Source: an uncultured Victivallales bacterium (lineage in GTDB: Bacteria; Verrucomicrobiota; Lentisphaeria; Victivallales; UBA1829). Taken from it: DNA of 64,000 nucleotides. The stretch is taken from the NCBI GenBank assembly GCA_944391115.1, contig CALXSJ010000001.1, positions 3,169 to 67,168 of the forward strand, read 5' to 3'. A model generated the notes under the pieces. That model made no database searches. It was not told the DNA's origin and saw only the letters and a list, made by a program, of their open reading frames with translations. Shown here one piece after another: positions 29,038 through 37,795 of this stretch (within the stretch, counting starts at the first letter, position 1; the number at the start of each line of letters is the position of its first letter). The position numbers were made by a program, and so were the translations under genes.

Positions 29038-29068
29038 CTTTCCCCGCAGCTTCATGCGGCGGGGAAAG
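29038..29068. terminator. Hairpin between the convergent symporter and amtB, probable bidirectional terminator
   Basis: CTTTCCCCGC (29038-47) pairs perfectly with GCGGGGAAAG (29059-68). Confidence 0.7.
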
Positions 29069-29080
29069 AGGACAGACGGT

Positions 29081-30397
29081 TTACTGATTGCTGAAGATCT
29101 GGAAGCCCGCGTAAGCCTCCATGCCGTGTTCTCCGAGATCCAGTCCGCGCAGTTCCTCGTCCGCGGAGACCCGGATGCCGATCGTCTTTTTGAGAACCCA
29201 GAAGATTGCAAGGGCGCACGGGAAGGAGAGCGCCGCGCAGGCCGCTCCCGCGAGCTGGGTCAGGAATGTGTATTCCGGATTCGTGGAAAAGACCCCGACC
29301 GCAAGCGTTCCCCAGATGCCGCCGCAGAGGTGAACCGACAGCGCGCCGACCGGATCGTCGAGGCGGAGCCGGTCGAAAAGAAGGACGCCGCCGACGGCGA
29401 TGACTCCCGCGACCGCTCCGATCGCAAGAGAAGAGGAAATGCTCACGCAGTCCGCGCCCGCCGTGATTCCGACGAGTCCGGCGAGACAGCCGTTCAGCGT
29501 CATGGAGAGGTCCGGTTTTTTGAGGAAGACCGTGCTTGCCAGCATCGCCGCGACAATTCCCGCAACCGCTCCGAGCGTTGTTGTCACCAGCACATAGGAG
29601 ACCTTTTCCGGGTCCGCGCTCAGAACCGAGCCGCCGTTGAAGCCGAACCATCCGAACCAGAGCAGAAACACGCCGATCGTCGCCAGCGGCATGCTGTGCC
29701 CCATGATCGGCATGCTGTGCCCGTTCACAAACTTGCCGATGCGCGGTCCCAGAAGAATCACGCCCGCAAGCGCACCCCAGCCGCCGACACTGTGAACGAA
29801 TGTCGATCCGGCGAAGTCGTGGAAGTGCATTTTATCCAGAAAGCCGCCGCCCCAGCCCCAGGATCCGATCACCGGATAGACGAGCGCCGCATAGAGGAGC
29901 GTGAAGATCAGGAACGCGTTCAGTTTGATCCGTTCCGCGACCGCTCCCGAGACGATCGTCGCCGCCGTTGCCGCGAACATGCTCTGGAAGAAAAACATCG
30001 TCCAGTATGTGAATGTTCCGTTATATCCTTCCGGCGCGCCGGCGGGCGCGGCAAGACCGAAGCCGTTCCACCCCAGAATCCCGGAAAGCGTCCAGCGCCC
30101 TTCCGGATACATCAGCGAGAATCCGCAGAGCGCGAACGTCAGAATGCCGATTGCCGGGACCATCAGGTTTTTGAAGAGAATGTTCGTGCAGTTTTTGGCC
30201 CGGGCGAGTCCGGACTCCACCGTGGCGAACCCCAGATTCATGATGAATACGAGCATCGCGGCGATCATGATCCAGAGATTGTTCACGGTGAACACCGCGT
30301 CCTTCGCCGTTGCCGCCGTTGTTCCTGAGTCCGCGCCTCCGGCGCATGCCGCGAGACACAGCATGATTATGCAGAGTGGAAATTTCGTCCGATTCAT
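29081..30397 (-). CDS. amtB: Ammonium transporter
   Basis: FQSMFAATAATIVSGAVAER, DFAGSTFVHSVGG, WFGWFGFNGGS, DDPVGALSVH (twin His present). Confidence 0.97.
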   Translation of the reverse strand: MNRTKFPLCIIMLCLAACAGGADSGTTAATAKDAVFTVNNLWIMIAAMLVFIMNLGFATVESGLARAKNCTNILFKNLMVPAIGILTFALCGFSLMYPEGRWTLSGILGWNGFGLAAPAGAPEGYNGTFTYWTMFFFQSMFAATAATIVSGAVAERIKLNAFLIFTLLYAALVYPVIGSWGWGGGFLDKMHFHDFAGSTFVHSVGGWGALAGVILLGPRIGKFVNGHSMPIMGHSMPLATIGVFLLWFGWFGFNGGSVLSADPEKVSYVLVTTTLGAVAGIVAAMLASTVFLKKPDLSMTLNGCLAGLVGITAGADCVSISSSLAIGAVAGVIAVGGVLLFDRLRLDDPVGALSVHLCGGIWGTLAVGVFSTNPEYTFLTQLAGAACAALSFPCALAIFWVLKKTIGIRVSADEELRGLDLGEHGMEAYAGFQIFSNQ

Positions 30398-30451
30398 GGT
30401 AAGCTCCTTTTTTATGTGCCTTGATTTTTTATGGGAAAACGGCTGCGGAAT

Positions 30452-30793
30452 TCAGCCGATGGCGTCGCGTCCCCGTTCGCCGGTCCGGATCCGGATGCAC
30501 TCCTCCATCGGGAGAATGAAGATTTTTCCGTCTCCGATGAATCCGGTGCGTGCGCCGGCAATGATCCCTTCCACGGTTTTTTCGACAAACTCGTCATTCA
30601 CGCCGATGGCGAGACGCACTTTTTTGTGAAGATTCACTTCCACTTCCGAACCGCGATATGTGGAGACATATCCTTTCTGCTGGCCGCAGCCCAGTGCGTT
30701 CGTGACGGAAATTTTGAAGATTTCCCTTGCATAGAGTTCCTGTTTCACGGCATTGAGCCGTTCGGGTTTGATGTAGGCGATAATCAGTTTCAT
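30452..30793 (-). CDS. glnK: P-II nitrogen regulatory protein (amtB-linked, GlnK-like)
   Basis: [35 protein letters not shown]; directly upstream of amtB. Confidence 0.95.
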   Translation of the reverse strand: MKLIIAYIKPERLNAVKQELYAREIFKISVTNALGCGQQKGYVSTYRGSEVEVNLHKKVRLAIGVNDEFVEKTVEGIIAGARTGFIGDGKIFILPMEECIRIRTGERGRDAIG

Positions 30794-30845
30794 GCGTCAA
30801 GCTCCTTTCCTGCTGCGTGTTTCTTTTCCGCATGGCTTTCTTAAC

Positions 30846-30861
30846 AGCAAAAAATATGCCA
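30846..30861 (-). promoter_or_regulatory. Sigma54 (-24/-12) promoter of glnK-amtB
   Basis: Minus strand TGGCATATTTTTTGCT = GG-N10-GC, about 50 nt upstream of the glnK ATG. Confidence 0.85.
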
Positions 30862-30936
30862 GCTTTTTATGCGATGATGCAACTGCTTCGATCGCAAAGG
30901 ATTATATTTGGCTATGGATGAAAAACAAAAAATTAA

Positions 30937-30958
30937 TTTATTACAAAAATGTAATAAA
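30937..30958. promoter_or_regulatory. Candidate enhancer (UAS) for a sigma54 activator
   Basis: Perfect 9-bp inverted repeat TTTATTACA-AAAA-TGTAATAAA about 80-100 bp upstream of the -24 box, within an AT-rich tract. Confidence 0.55.
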
Positions 30959-31108
30959 CAATTAAAAATCGCGCAAAAAATGTAGCTTTTTACGCTCCGG
31001 GCTGGCAATCTTCCGCGCGCGGGAATATATTAACGCTCTTTGGGACGTTCGGACGGCTTCCGCCGCGTCGTGTCTGTTGCGTCCCGCCGTATTCGGAGGC
31101 TTATTCTG

Positions 31109-32377
31109 ATGAACAGGAAAATTCTTTTTTTATCTCTGGCCATTCTCGCCGTTCCGCCGGTCTTCTGCGATGAGGAGAAGCCCGTCGACAAACTGCGGTC
31201 TGAGGCGCAGTCCGGAAAACTGGATGCGTGCTTTTACCTCGGCAACGAGTATTTCTACGGAGAGAACCGGAAACAGAATTTCACGCTTGCCGCACACTGG
31301 TACCGCAAAGCGGCGGAAGGCGGGATTCCCGAGGCACAGTTCAATTATGCGCACTGTCTCGAAACCGGGCGCGGAACGGAAAAAGATCTCTTTGCCGCCT
31401 ATCAGTGGTACCGGAAGGCGGCGGACCGGGATTTCAAACCCGCGCTTTACATGTGTTCGCGCCTGACCGCCTCCGGCATTTATTCCAAAGACGGGAAGGC
31501 GCTTTTGCGCCCCTCGCAGGCGGGCGCGCTGGAGATCCTTGAACGCCTTGCCGCACAGGAGTTTGAAGCGGCGGAACTGGATCTTGCCTCCTATCTCCTG
31601 CGGCGCGATTCCCCGCTTTCGGAAAAGGCGCGCGCTTTTTCGATTCTTTCCAAGGTCACCGCCCGCAAAAAGTTCGATCCCGCCGCGCTCCGGATGCTGG
31701 CGGACTGTTACTACGGGGGATTCGGCTGTCCTTCCGATCCGGATAAAATGGCGGAGCTTCTGACCCGCGCTTCGGATCTCGGCGACGCCGAGGCGAAGGC
31801 GAAACTGGGTTTTCTGTATGAATCCGGACGCATCCTCGAAGCCGATCCTGAAAAGGCCGCCGCGTTTTACCGCGACGCGGCAAAACTGGGACACCCGATG
31901 GGGCAGTTCAAATACGCCGAGCAACTGTCCCGGGGGAAGCCGTCCGCCGATCAGCAGAAGGAGGCTCTGGAGTGGTACCGGAAGTCCGCGGATCAGCGTT
32001 GTGCCCAGGCTCTTTTCAAGCTCGGGCTGATTTATTTCGACGGCACTTTCGGCGTGGAGTCGGACAGGCAGCTGGCAGCCCAGTATTTCTATGAGGCTGC
32101 GCAGCTGGGATATCCCCGCGCCCAGTACAATCTTGCGGCGATGTTTGCCGACGGCAGCGGATTGAACAAGGATCTTCAGGCTGCGTTCTACTGGTTCATG
32201 CAGGCGGCACGGCGTCAGGACCCCGCGGCGCAGCGGCGAGTTGCGCTCTGTTATGCCGAAGGACTCGGGGTGGACAAGAATACGGCGAAGGCGCAGGAAT
32301 GGCTGCTCCGCGCCGCGCAGAACGGCGACATCATTGCGGCGAAAATGCTGGAGACCTCCCGTTTTTCCGTCTGGTGA
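31109..32377 (+). CDS. Secreted Sel1-like repeat protein
   Basis: Signal peptide, then ~9 SLR units (AAHWYRKAAEGG, AQFNYA, WYRKSADQ, AQYNLA, AFYWFMQAA). Confidence 0.92.
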   Translation: MNRKILFLSLAILAVPPVFCDEEKPVDKLRSEAQSGKLDACFYLGNEYFYGENRKQNFTLAAHWYRKAAEGGIPEAQFNYAHCLETGRGTEKDLFAAYQWYRKAADRDFKPALYMCSRLTASGIYSKDGKALLRPSQAGALEILERLAAQEFEAAELDLASYLLRRDSPLSEKARAFSILSKVTARKKFDPAALRMLADCYYGGFGCPSDPDKMAELLTRASDLGDAEAKAKLGFLYESGRILEADPEKAAAFYRDAAKLGHPMGQFKYAEQLSRGKPSADQQKEALEWYRKSADQRCAQALFKLGLIYFDGTFGVESDRQLAAQYFYEAAQLGYPRAQYNLAAMFADGSGLNKDLQAAFYWFMQAARRQDPAAQRRVALCYAEGLGVDKNTAKAQEWLLRAAQNGDIIAAKMLETSRFSVW

Positions 32378-32572
32378 CACGGCACGACAGGAGCCGGCGA
32401 TCCGGGAAACAAGCAGGCGGGGAATCGTCTGCGCGGGAAAATCCTGCAAAACCGCTCCGTCCGGCGCAAAAGTCCCGCCATCCGCCGGCATATCGCAGTG
32501 TTTCCGCTGGAAAAAATGGTGTTCCGGGTGTATATTCCCGCATGATCTGCTGACGCGGAGGATTTTACCGAT

Positions 32573-33532
32573 ATGGAAAACAAGAAGAAAAAAACGAAAA
32601 ACGCCCTTCTGATGGAAGTGGAATACCGGCTCTTTCTGCTTCTGCCGCTTCTGGTCCGGGCGCTGAGTCTGAAACAGGCCTATGCGCTGGCGAATGTCTG
32701 CGCATGGTTTTTCTATCTGCTGGATTTCAAGCACCGGAAGCGGGTGATTACCCATATCCTGCACAGCGGGATCCGGACTACCCTTCCGGAGGCGAAAGCG
32801 CTGGCAAAAGCCAATTTCCGCCATATGGTAAAGGTTTTTGTCGAGGTTGTGAAATTCGATCAGATCGTGACACCGGAAAGTTTGCATGAGCATCTGCGTT
32901 ATGCCTCCGATTCCCCCGAGCTGGACAAAATCATGGATCCGGAACATCCGGTCACGGCGATTCTGGCTTCCGCCCATCTCGGGAACTGGGAGCTTGCCGG
33001 CAATATGTATACGATATTTTCCGGTCAGAACCTCTGTTCGATCATGCGTCCTCTGGCGAACAGGAAGCTTGGAGAGTATTTCTATGCGCACCGCATGAGC
33101 CGGAAACATACGACCGTTTCCAAGGAAAAGGGGCTCCGGCCTCTGCTTGCGGCGCTGAACAAAGGCGACTCCATCGCCGTCGTCTCCGATCAGCACGCGA
33201 CCAGCCGCGAAGGAGTGGAAATCACGTTTTTCGGACATCCCGCAAGGGCGCATATGACGGTTGCGCTGCTGCATCTGAAAACGGGGCACCCGATTCTGCC
33301 GATTCTTGCGATCCGGGAGGATGACAGCTATCACTTCAAGCTTACCGGAACGGCGCCGATCCGCTACACGCCCATAGGAGACAAGGAACATGACATCCGG
33401 GAGATCACCCAGCTTTATTCCAATGCGTTCGAGGAACTGATCCGGAAATATCCCGACCAGTGGCTCTGGGCGCACCGCCGCTGGCTCGACTGCAACCGAA
33501 ATCACAAGCACAAGGATAACGAACATGATTAA
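32573..33532 (+). CDS. Lipid A biosynthesis acyltransferase (LpxL/HtrB family)
   Basis: SAHLGNWE, SDQH, FFGHPA, PDQWLWAHRRW. Confidence 0.9.
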   Translation: MENKKKKTKNALLMEVEYRLFLLLPLLVRALSLKQAYALANVCAWFFYLLDFKHRKRVITHILHSGIRTTLPEAKALAKANFRHMVKVFVEVVKFDQIVTPESLHEHLRYASDSPELDKIMDPEHPVTAILASAHLGNWELAGNMYTIFSGQNLCSIMRPLANRKLGEYFYAHRMSRKHTTVSKEKGLRPLLAALNKGDSIAVVSDQHATSREGVEITFFGHPARAHMTVALLHLKTGHPILPILAIREDDSYHFKLTGTAPIRYTPIGDKEHDIREITQLYSNAFEELIRKYPDQWLWAHRRWLDCNRNHKHKDNEHD

Positions 33533-34232
33533 AAAACCGGTCACGGACTTTGATGCGCGCAGGGTGCTGGTGTCACCCTCTCTGCTTGCCGCGGATTTTG
33601 CCGATCTCGCCAGTGAAATCAAACGTGTCGAGGCCGCGGGCGCCGATCTGCTGCATCTCGACATCATGGACGGCCATTTCGTGCCGAATCTCACGATGGG
33701 GCCGCCTGTGATCGCGGCGATCCGGAAGCACTCCATCCTGACGTTCGACACCCATCTGATGATTACCAATCCCCTCAAATACGTCAAACCGTTTTCCGCT
33801 GCGGGCGCGGACCATATCACATTTCATCTGGAGTCGGACGACAATCCGGACGAGACGATCCGGGCGATCCGCGCGGAGGGCTGTTCCGTCGGAATTTCCA
33901 TCAAGCCGGCCACCCCCGCTTCCGCGGTCGTCAATTATCTGGACAGGATTGATCTGGTGCTTGTGATGACCGTGGAGCCCGGATTCGGCGGGCAGTCGTT
34001 CATGGCGGACATGATTCCGAAGGTGGCGGAAATCCGCGCCCTGGCGGGGAAACTCAATCCGAAGCTTCATGTCGAAGTGGACGGAGGGATCGACGGCGAA
34101 ACGGTGAAGCGGATTGTTCCCGCGGGAGCCAACATGCTCGTTGCCGGAACCGCCGTTTTCCGCGCGCCGGACGGAGCCCAGGCGGCTGTCGAGCGTCTGC
34201 ACAACGCGCAGAAACTGCTTCCCGTTCACTGA
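33525..34232 (+). CDS. rpe: Ribulose-phosphate 3-epimerase
   Basis: SPSLLAADF, HLDIMDGHFVPNLTMG, DTHLM, VMTVEPGFGGQ, EVDGG. Confidence 0.98.
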   Translation: MIKKPVTDFDARRVLVSPSLLAADFADLASEIKRVEAAGADLLHLDIMDGHFVPNLTMGPPVIAAIRKHSILTFDTHLMITNPLKYVKPFSAAGADHITFHLESDDNPDETIRAIRAEGCSVGISIKPATPASAVVNYLDRIDLVLVMTVEPGFGGQSFMADMIPKVAEIRALAGKLNPKLHVEVDGGIDGETVKRIVPAGANMLVAGTAVFRAPDGAQAAVERLHNAQKLLPVH

Positions 34233-34259
34233 CCGTGCTGCCGCATATCCCGTGCCGTC

Positions 34260-36005
34260 ATGAAGCAGCTCCGTTTTTTCCGGGATTATCTTGCAGAACG
34301 CTATGGAAAACCGCTCCAGCGGATTCCGTTCGATCTCGGACTTTCCTGTCCCAACCGGAATCCGGACGGTTCAGGCGGATGCGCCTTCTGCGCCGGAGAC
34401 GGTTCCGCGGCGAGGCATCTTTCGCCCGGCATGGGTCTTGCGGAACAGGCCCGGCGCGGCATCCGTTATGTCCGGGACCGCTATGCGTCGGACGGTCCCT
34501 ATCTTGCCTATTTCCAGTCTTTCACCAATACCTATGCCGGAGTGTCCGTTCTCCGGCGTCTTTATGAAGAGGCGCTTTGCACGGCGGATTACAAGGCCGT
34601 TCTGATTGCGACCCGTCCGGACTGCCTTTCCAGCGAGTGTGTGGAATATCTTGCCTCGCTGGGACGCCGTTATGAGGTCTGGGTGGAACTGGGGGTCCAG
34701 AGCGCCAATGATCTTACCCTCCGGAGAATCAACCGGGGACATGATTTCGCCGCCGTCGGGGATGCGGCGAGGCGTCTTGACGCGCATGGAATCAAAGTTG
34801 CCGCGCATGTCATTCTCGGACTGCCCGGAGAGACGGCGTCCGACTTCCGCGCGACCGCGGAGAAAATCGCGGCCCTTCCCTTTTCCGGGATCAAGGCGCA
34901 CAATCTTCTGGTTCTGAAAGGCACGGAGATGGCGCGGATGTTCCACCGCGGGGAGGTGACGCCGCTCAATGAATACGAATATGCCGACGCGCTCGCGGAT
35001 TTTCTGTCCGTTCTGCCGGAAAAGACCGTCGTGATGCGCCTCTGCGCCGATGCGGATTCTGCGGGGGTGATCGCTCCGAAGTGGTGGATGAAAAAAGGGC
35101 AGTTTCTTTCCATGTTCCGCACGGTTTTCGAGGCTCGAGCCGCCGGACGCGACGACGGAGTCCGCGCGGTGCGGACGGAGGACGGCTCCTATACGCTCTA
35201 TCATCCCGGATACCGCCAGCATTTTCACAGCGTTGCCGGTGCGCGGACGGAATCCTGGAAGAAATACATCGAGCCCTGCCGGATCGGGGAACGTCTGCAG
35301 GAAGGACGCTCCGTCACGGTTCTGGATATCGGATTCGGGATGGGATACAATGTCGCCGCCCTCGCGCAACTCGCCGAATGCACGGGCGCGGGCACGCTCC
35401 GCTGCATCTCTCTGGAGTCGGACCGCAATGCATTGCGCAATGCGCTTTTCCTTCCCGGGTTCCCGCGAAAGGATGTGCTTGAGACACTGGCTTCCGCCGG
35501 GTGTTACCGGAGCGCCTCCGCCCGGATCGAAATCGCCTGGGGCGATGCGCGGCATTTTGTGCAGGAGACCGGTGAAATGTTCGATTTCATTTTTCTTGAC
35601 GCGTTTTCCCCGGACCGGAATCCGGAGCTCTGGACACTGGATTTTCTCGCCGCCTTGAAACGGATTCTGAATCCCTTCGGCATTCTGGCAACCTATTCGA
35701 GCGCCTATCCGTTTCTCGGAGCGCTGCTCCGGACCGGCTTTTTTGTTTCAGAATCCGTTCCGTTCGGACGGAAGCGCGGCGGAACGGTTGCATCGTTTCA
35801 GACGCTCGAACACCTGACCCCGCTGCGGGAAAAGGACCGGCGCATCGCTCTGGAATCCACGGCGGGCGTTCCCTATCGCGATCCTTCGCTGGACTGGACC
35901 CGCAGGCAGATTCTTGCGGAACATGCCGCCCGGATTGCGGAACTTCGGGCCGCCGGTGTTCCGAAATGGTTCCATCCGGGTGTGAAACCGGTTTCGCAGT
36001 CATGA
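34260..36005 (+). CDS. TIGR01212 (YhcC/YtqA-type) radical SAM protein fused to an MnmD/MnmC-type SAM methyltransferase
   Basis: CPNRNPDGSGGCAFC, YFQSFTNTY, IATRPDC, ELGVQS; then TEDGSYTLY...HFHSVAGARTES, LDIGFGMGYN, FLDAFSPDRNPELW, ATYS, GRKR. Confidence 0.88.
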   Translation: MKQLRFFRDYLAERYGKPLQRIPFDLGLSCPNRNPDGSGGCAFCAGDGSAARHLSPGMGLAEQARRGIRYVRDRYASDGPYLAYFQSFTNTYAGVSVLRRLYEEALCTADYKAVLIATRPDCLSSECVEYLASLGRRYEVWVELGVQSANDLTLRRINRGHDFAAVGDAARRLDAHGIKVAAHVILGLPGETASDFRATAEKIAALPFSGIKAHNLLVLKGTEMARMFHRGEVTPLNEYEYADALADFLSVLPEKTVVMRLCADADSAGVIAPKWWMKKGQFLSMFRTVFEARAAGRDDGVRAVRTEDGSYTLYHPGYRQHFHSVAGARTESWKKYIEPCRIGERLQEGRSVTVLDIGFGMGYNVAALAQLAECTGAGTLRCISLESDRNALRNALFLPGFPRKDVLETLASAGCYRSASARIEIAWGDARHFVQETGEMFDFIFLDAFSPDRNPELWTLDFLAALKRILNPFGILATYSSAYPFLGALLRTGFFVSESVPFGRKRGGTVASFQTLEHLTPLREKDRRIALESTAGVPYRDPSLDWTRRQILAEHAARIAELRAAGVPKWFHPGVKPVSQS

Positions 36006-36893
36006 ACGCGGCGTACGGATTCTGCTGCGGAATTCCGATGGGCTGTAACGGGTTTCCTCCCGTTTGAAGGCCCGGGAGAAGGCCGCCGCGGAGCTGTATC
36101 CGCACAATGCGGCGATCTGGCTGATGTTCTGGTCGGAGGAGCGCAGAAGTCCCGCGGCGAACATCATTCTTCTGGAGCGGAGATATCTGCCGAGGCTTTT
36201 TCCAATCTGTTTTTTGAAGCACCGGCGCAGATTGCTCGCCGACACTCCCAGACGGCGGCTCAGTTCCGCGATCGTGATTTTCCGGTGCGGATTTTCCACG
36301 ATATACTGTGAGATTTTCCGGTAAAGTTCGCTGCCGCCGTCGGCATAATCCGCCTTGCGGAAGGTTTCCGGGGGGGCGGGCAGATTCTTCACTCGCAGAT
36401 GTTCCAGAAGTTCGCCCAGAAGATAAGGCGTCGTATTGATTTCCCGGTTCCTCTCCGGATAGTGCGCAAGAAAATCCCGGAGTGCGCGGAGCAGAAGGTT
36501 CCGGATTCCTGCATCCGTTTCCAGCACGGTTCCCCGCAGAACCTCCATTGTTTTTTCTTCGTCCCGCAGATAAAACGAGCAGAACAGCATGGAGCTTCCT
36601 CCGTCTTTTTCAGAGAGGATCCTGTGCGATTCGCCGGGGAAAACCAGATAGAGCTGGAACGGTTTCAGGGAGCGGAGGCGCTTATTGACTTCAAGCCGGG
36701 CGTTTCCGGCAAGAAGACATGCCAGGATGTAGCGGTTGTGGAAAAACGTATTGGTATCACGGTTTCTCCGGCGGTAATAGAATTGAATGCGGTATGGCAG
36801 GAACGGAGGAAAATCCGGGAATCCGGGAGAGGAATAGGCAAAATCGGGAAGGGATTCCGCCGCTTTCAGACATTTTTCAGAAAAGGATTTCAT
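36000..36893 (-). CDS. AraC-family transcriptional regulator
   Basis: Cupin (FFHNRY, PGESHRI) plus HTH (ISQIAALCGYSSAAAFSRAFKRE...SPSEFR). Confidence 0.92.
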   Translation of the reverse strand: MKSFSEKCLKAAESLPDFAYSSPGFPDFPPFLPYRIQFYYRRRNRDTNTFFHNRYILACLLAGNARLEVNKRLRSLKPFQLYLVFPGESHRILSEKDGGSSMLFCSFYLRDEEKTMEVLRGTVLETDAGIRNLLLRALRDFLAHYPERNREINTTPYLLGELLEHLRVKNLPAPPETFRKADYADGGSELYRKISQYIVENPHRKITIAELSRRLGVSASNLRRCFKKQIGKSLGRYLRSRRMMFAAGLLRSSDQNISQIAALCGYSSAAAFSRAFKREETRYSPSEFRSRIRTPRS

Positions 36894-36932
36894 TTTTGAT
36901 CACTTCTGCAAAGAATATAATCACTTTTATCA

Positions 36933-36960
36933 TTGTCATCGTGCGTTATTGTAGTATAAT
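36933..36960 (+). promoter_or_regulatory. Sigma70 promoter for the pilin-like operon
   Basis: TTGTCA-N16-TATAAT in the spacer divergent from AraC. Confidence 0.6.
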
Positions 36961-37007
36961 GATAAGCGGAAGTCAAATGGAAAAGCCATGCAGGAAGGAG
37001 TTTTTTC

Positions 37008-37793
37008 ATGCGAATCTGCCGTCTATGCGCCCCATCTCCGGGTTCCGCTGTTTTCAAGCGGGGCGGGGCAGTGTCCGTTTTGCGGAGAACATACTTTTCT
37101 CTGATAGAACTTCTGGTTGTGATTGCGATTATCGCGGTTCTGGTCTCGATGCTGCTGCCGGGACTTCAGAAGGCGAAAGAAGCCGCGCGCCGGATCAGCT
37201 GCAACAGCCATCTGAAACAGTTCGGAACCGCATTTCATTCCTATGTCGGCGACAGCCGGGATTTTTTCCCGCCGGCGGATCTCAACGATTTGAGCGGGGA
37301 GGAAATCAACAAGAACTACTGGAACTGGGCATGGATGTTCCAGCGGGAAAAATACATTCCGACGGGAAAAATTTATAAATGCCCCACAGCCGCGGGAATC
37401 ATGCCTCCGGAATCCAATTATCATCGTGATCTTGACGTCTTTATCAATACGGTCGGCCCGGGCAGCGCCGCGTCATGGACTTTCATCGGTTACGGTTATA
37501 ACAACAATTATGTCGGGTCCCATAAAAATGTTCTCGGATCCGGAGATCCCAGACGCTGGATTCCAGTGAAACTCTCCGAAATGAAAAAGACATCGGACTG
37601 TTTCCTTCTGGCCGAAACAAAAACGGAATTCAATGCCGGCTCCTATGTCTCCTATTCCAACGGGCTGTATATTCACGATCTGCACAGCGGCGGAACCAAT
37701 CTCCTTTTCGCCGACGGCCACACGGGATATCTCAAAAACGGAAAAACGCACTTGAACAGCGCCGTCACGAAAAAATATTTCACCTGGGAGTGA
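37008..37793 (+). CDS. Prepilin-type N-terminal methylation protein with H-X9-DG motif (DUF1559-like)
   Basis: RTY|[24 protein letters not shown]...CNSHLKQ; YKCPT; [14 protein letters not shown] (H-X9-DG); RBS AAGGAG. Confidence 0.9.
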   Translation: MRICRLCAPSPGSAVFKRGGAVSVLRRTYFSLIELLVVIAIIAVLVSMLLPGLQKAKEAARRISCNSHLKQFGTAFHSYVGDSRDFFPPADLNDLSGEEINKNYWNWAWMFQREKYIPTGKIYKCPTAAGIMPPESNYHRDLDVFINTVGPGSAASWTFIGYGYNNNYVGSHKNVLGSGDPRRWIPVKLSEMKKTSDCFLLAETKTEFNAGSYVSYSNGLYIHDLHSGGTNLLFADGHTGYLKNGKTHLNSAVTKKYFTWE

Positions 37794-37795
37794 AG

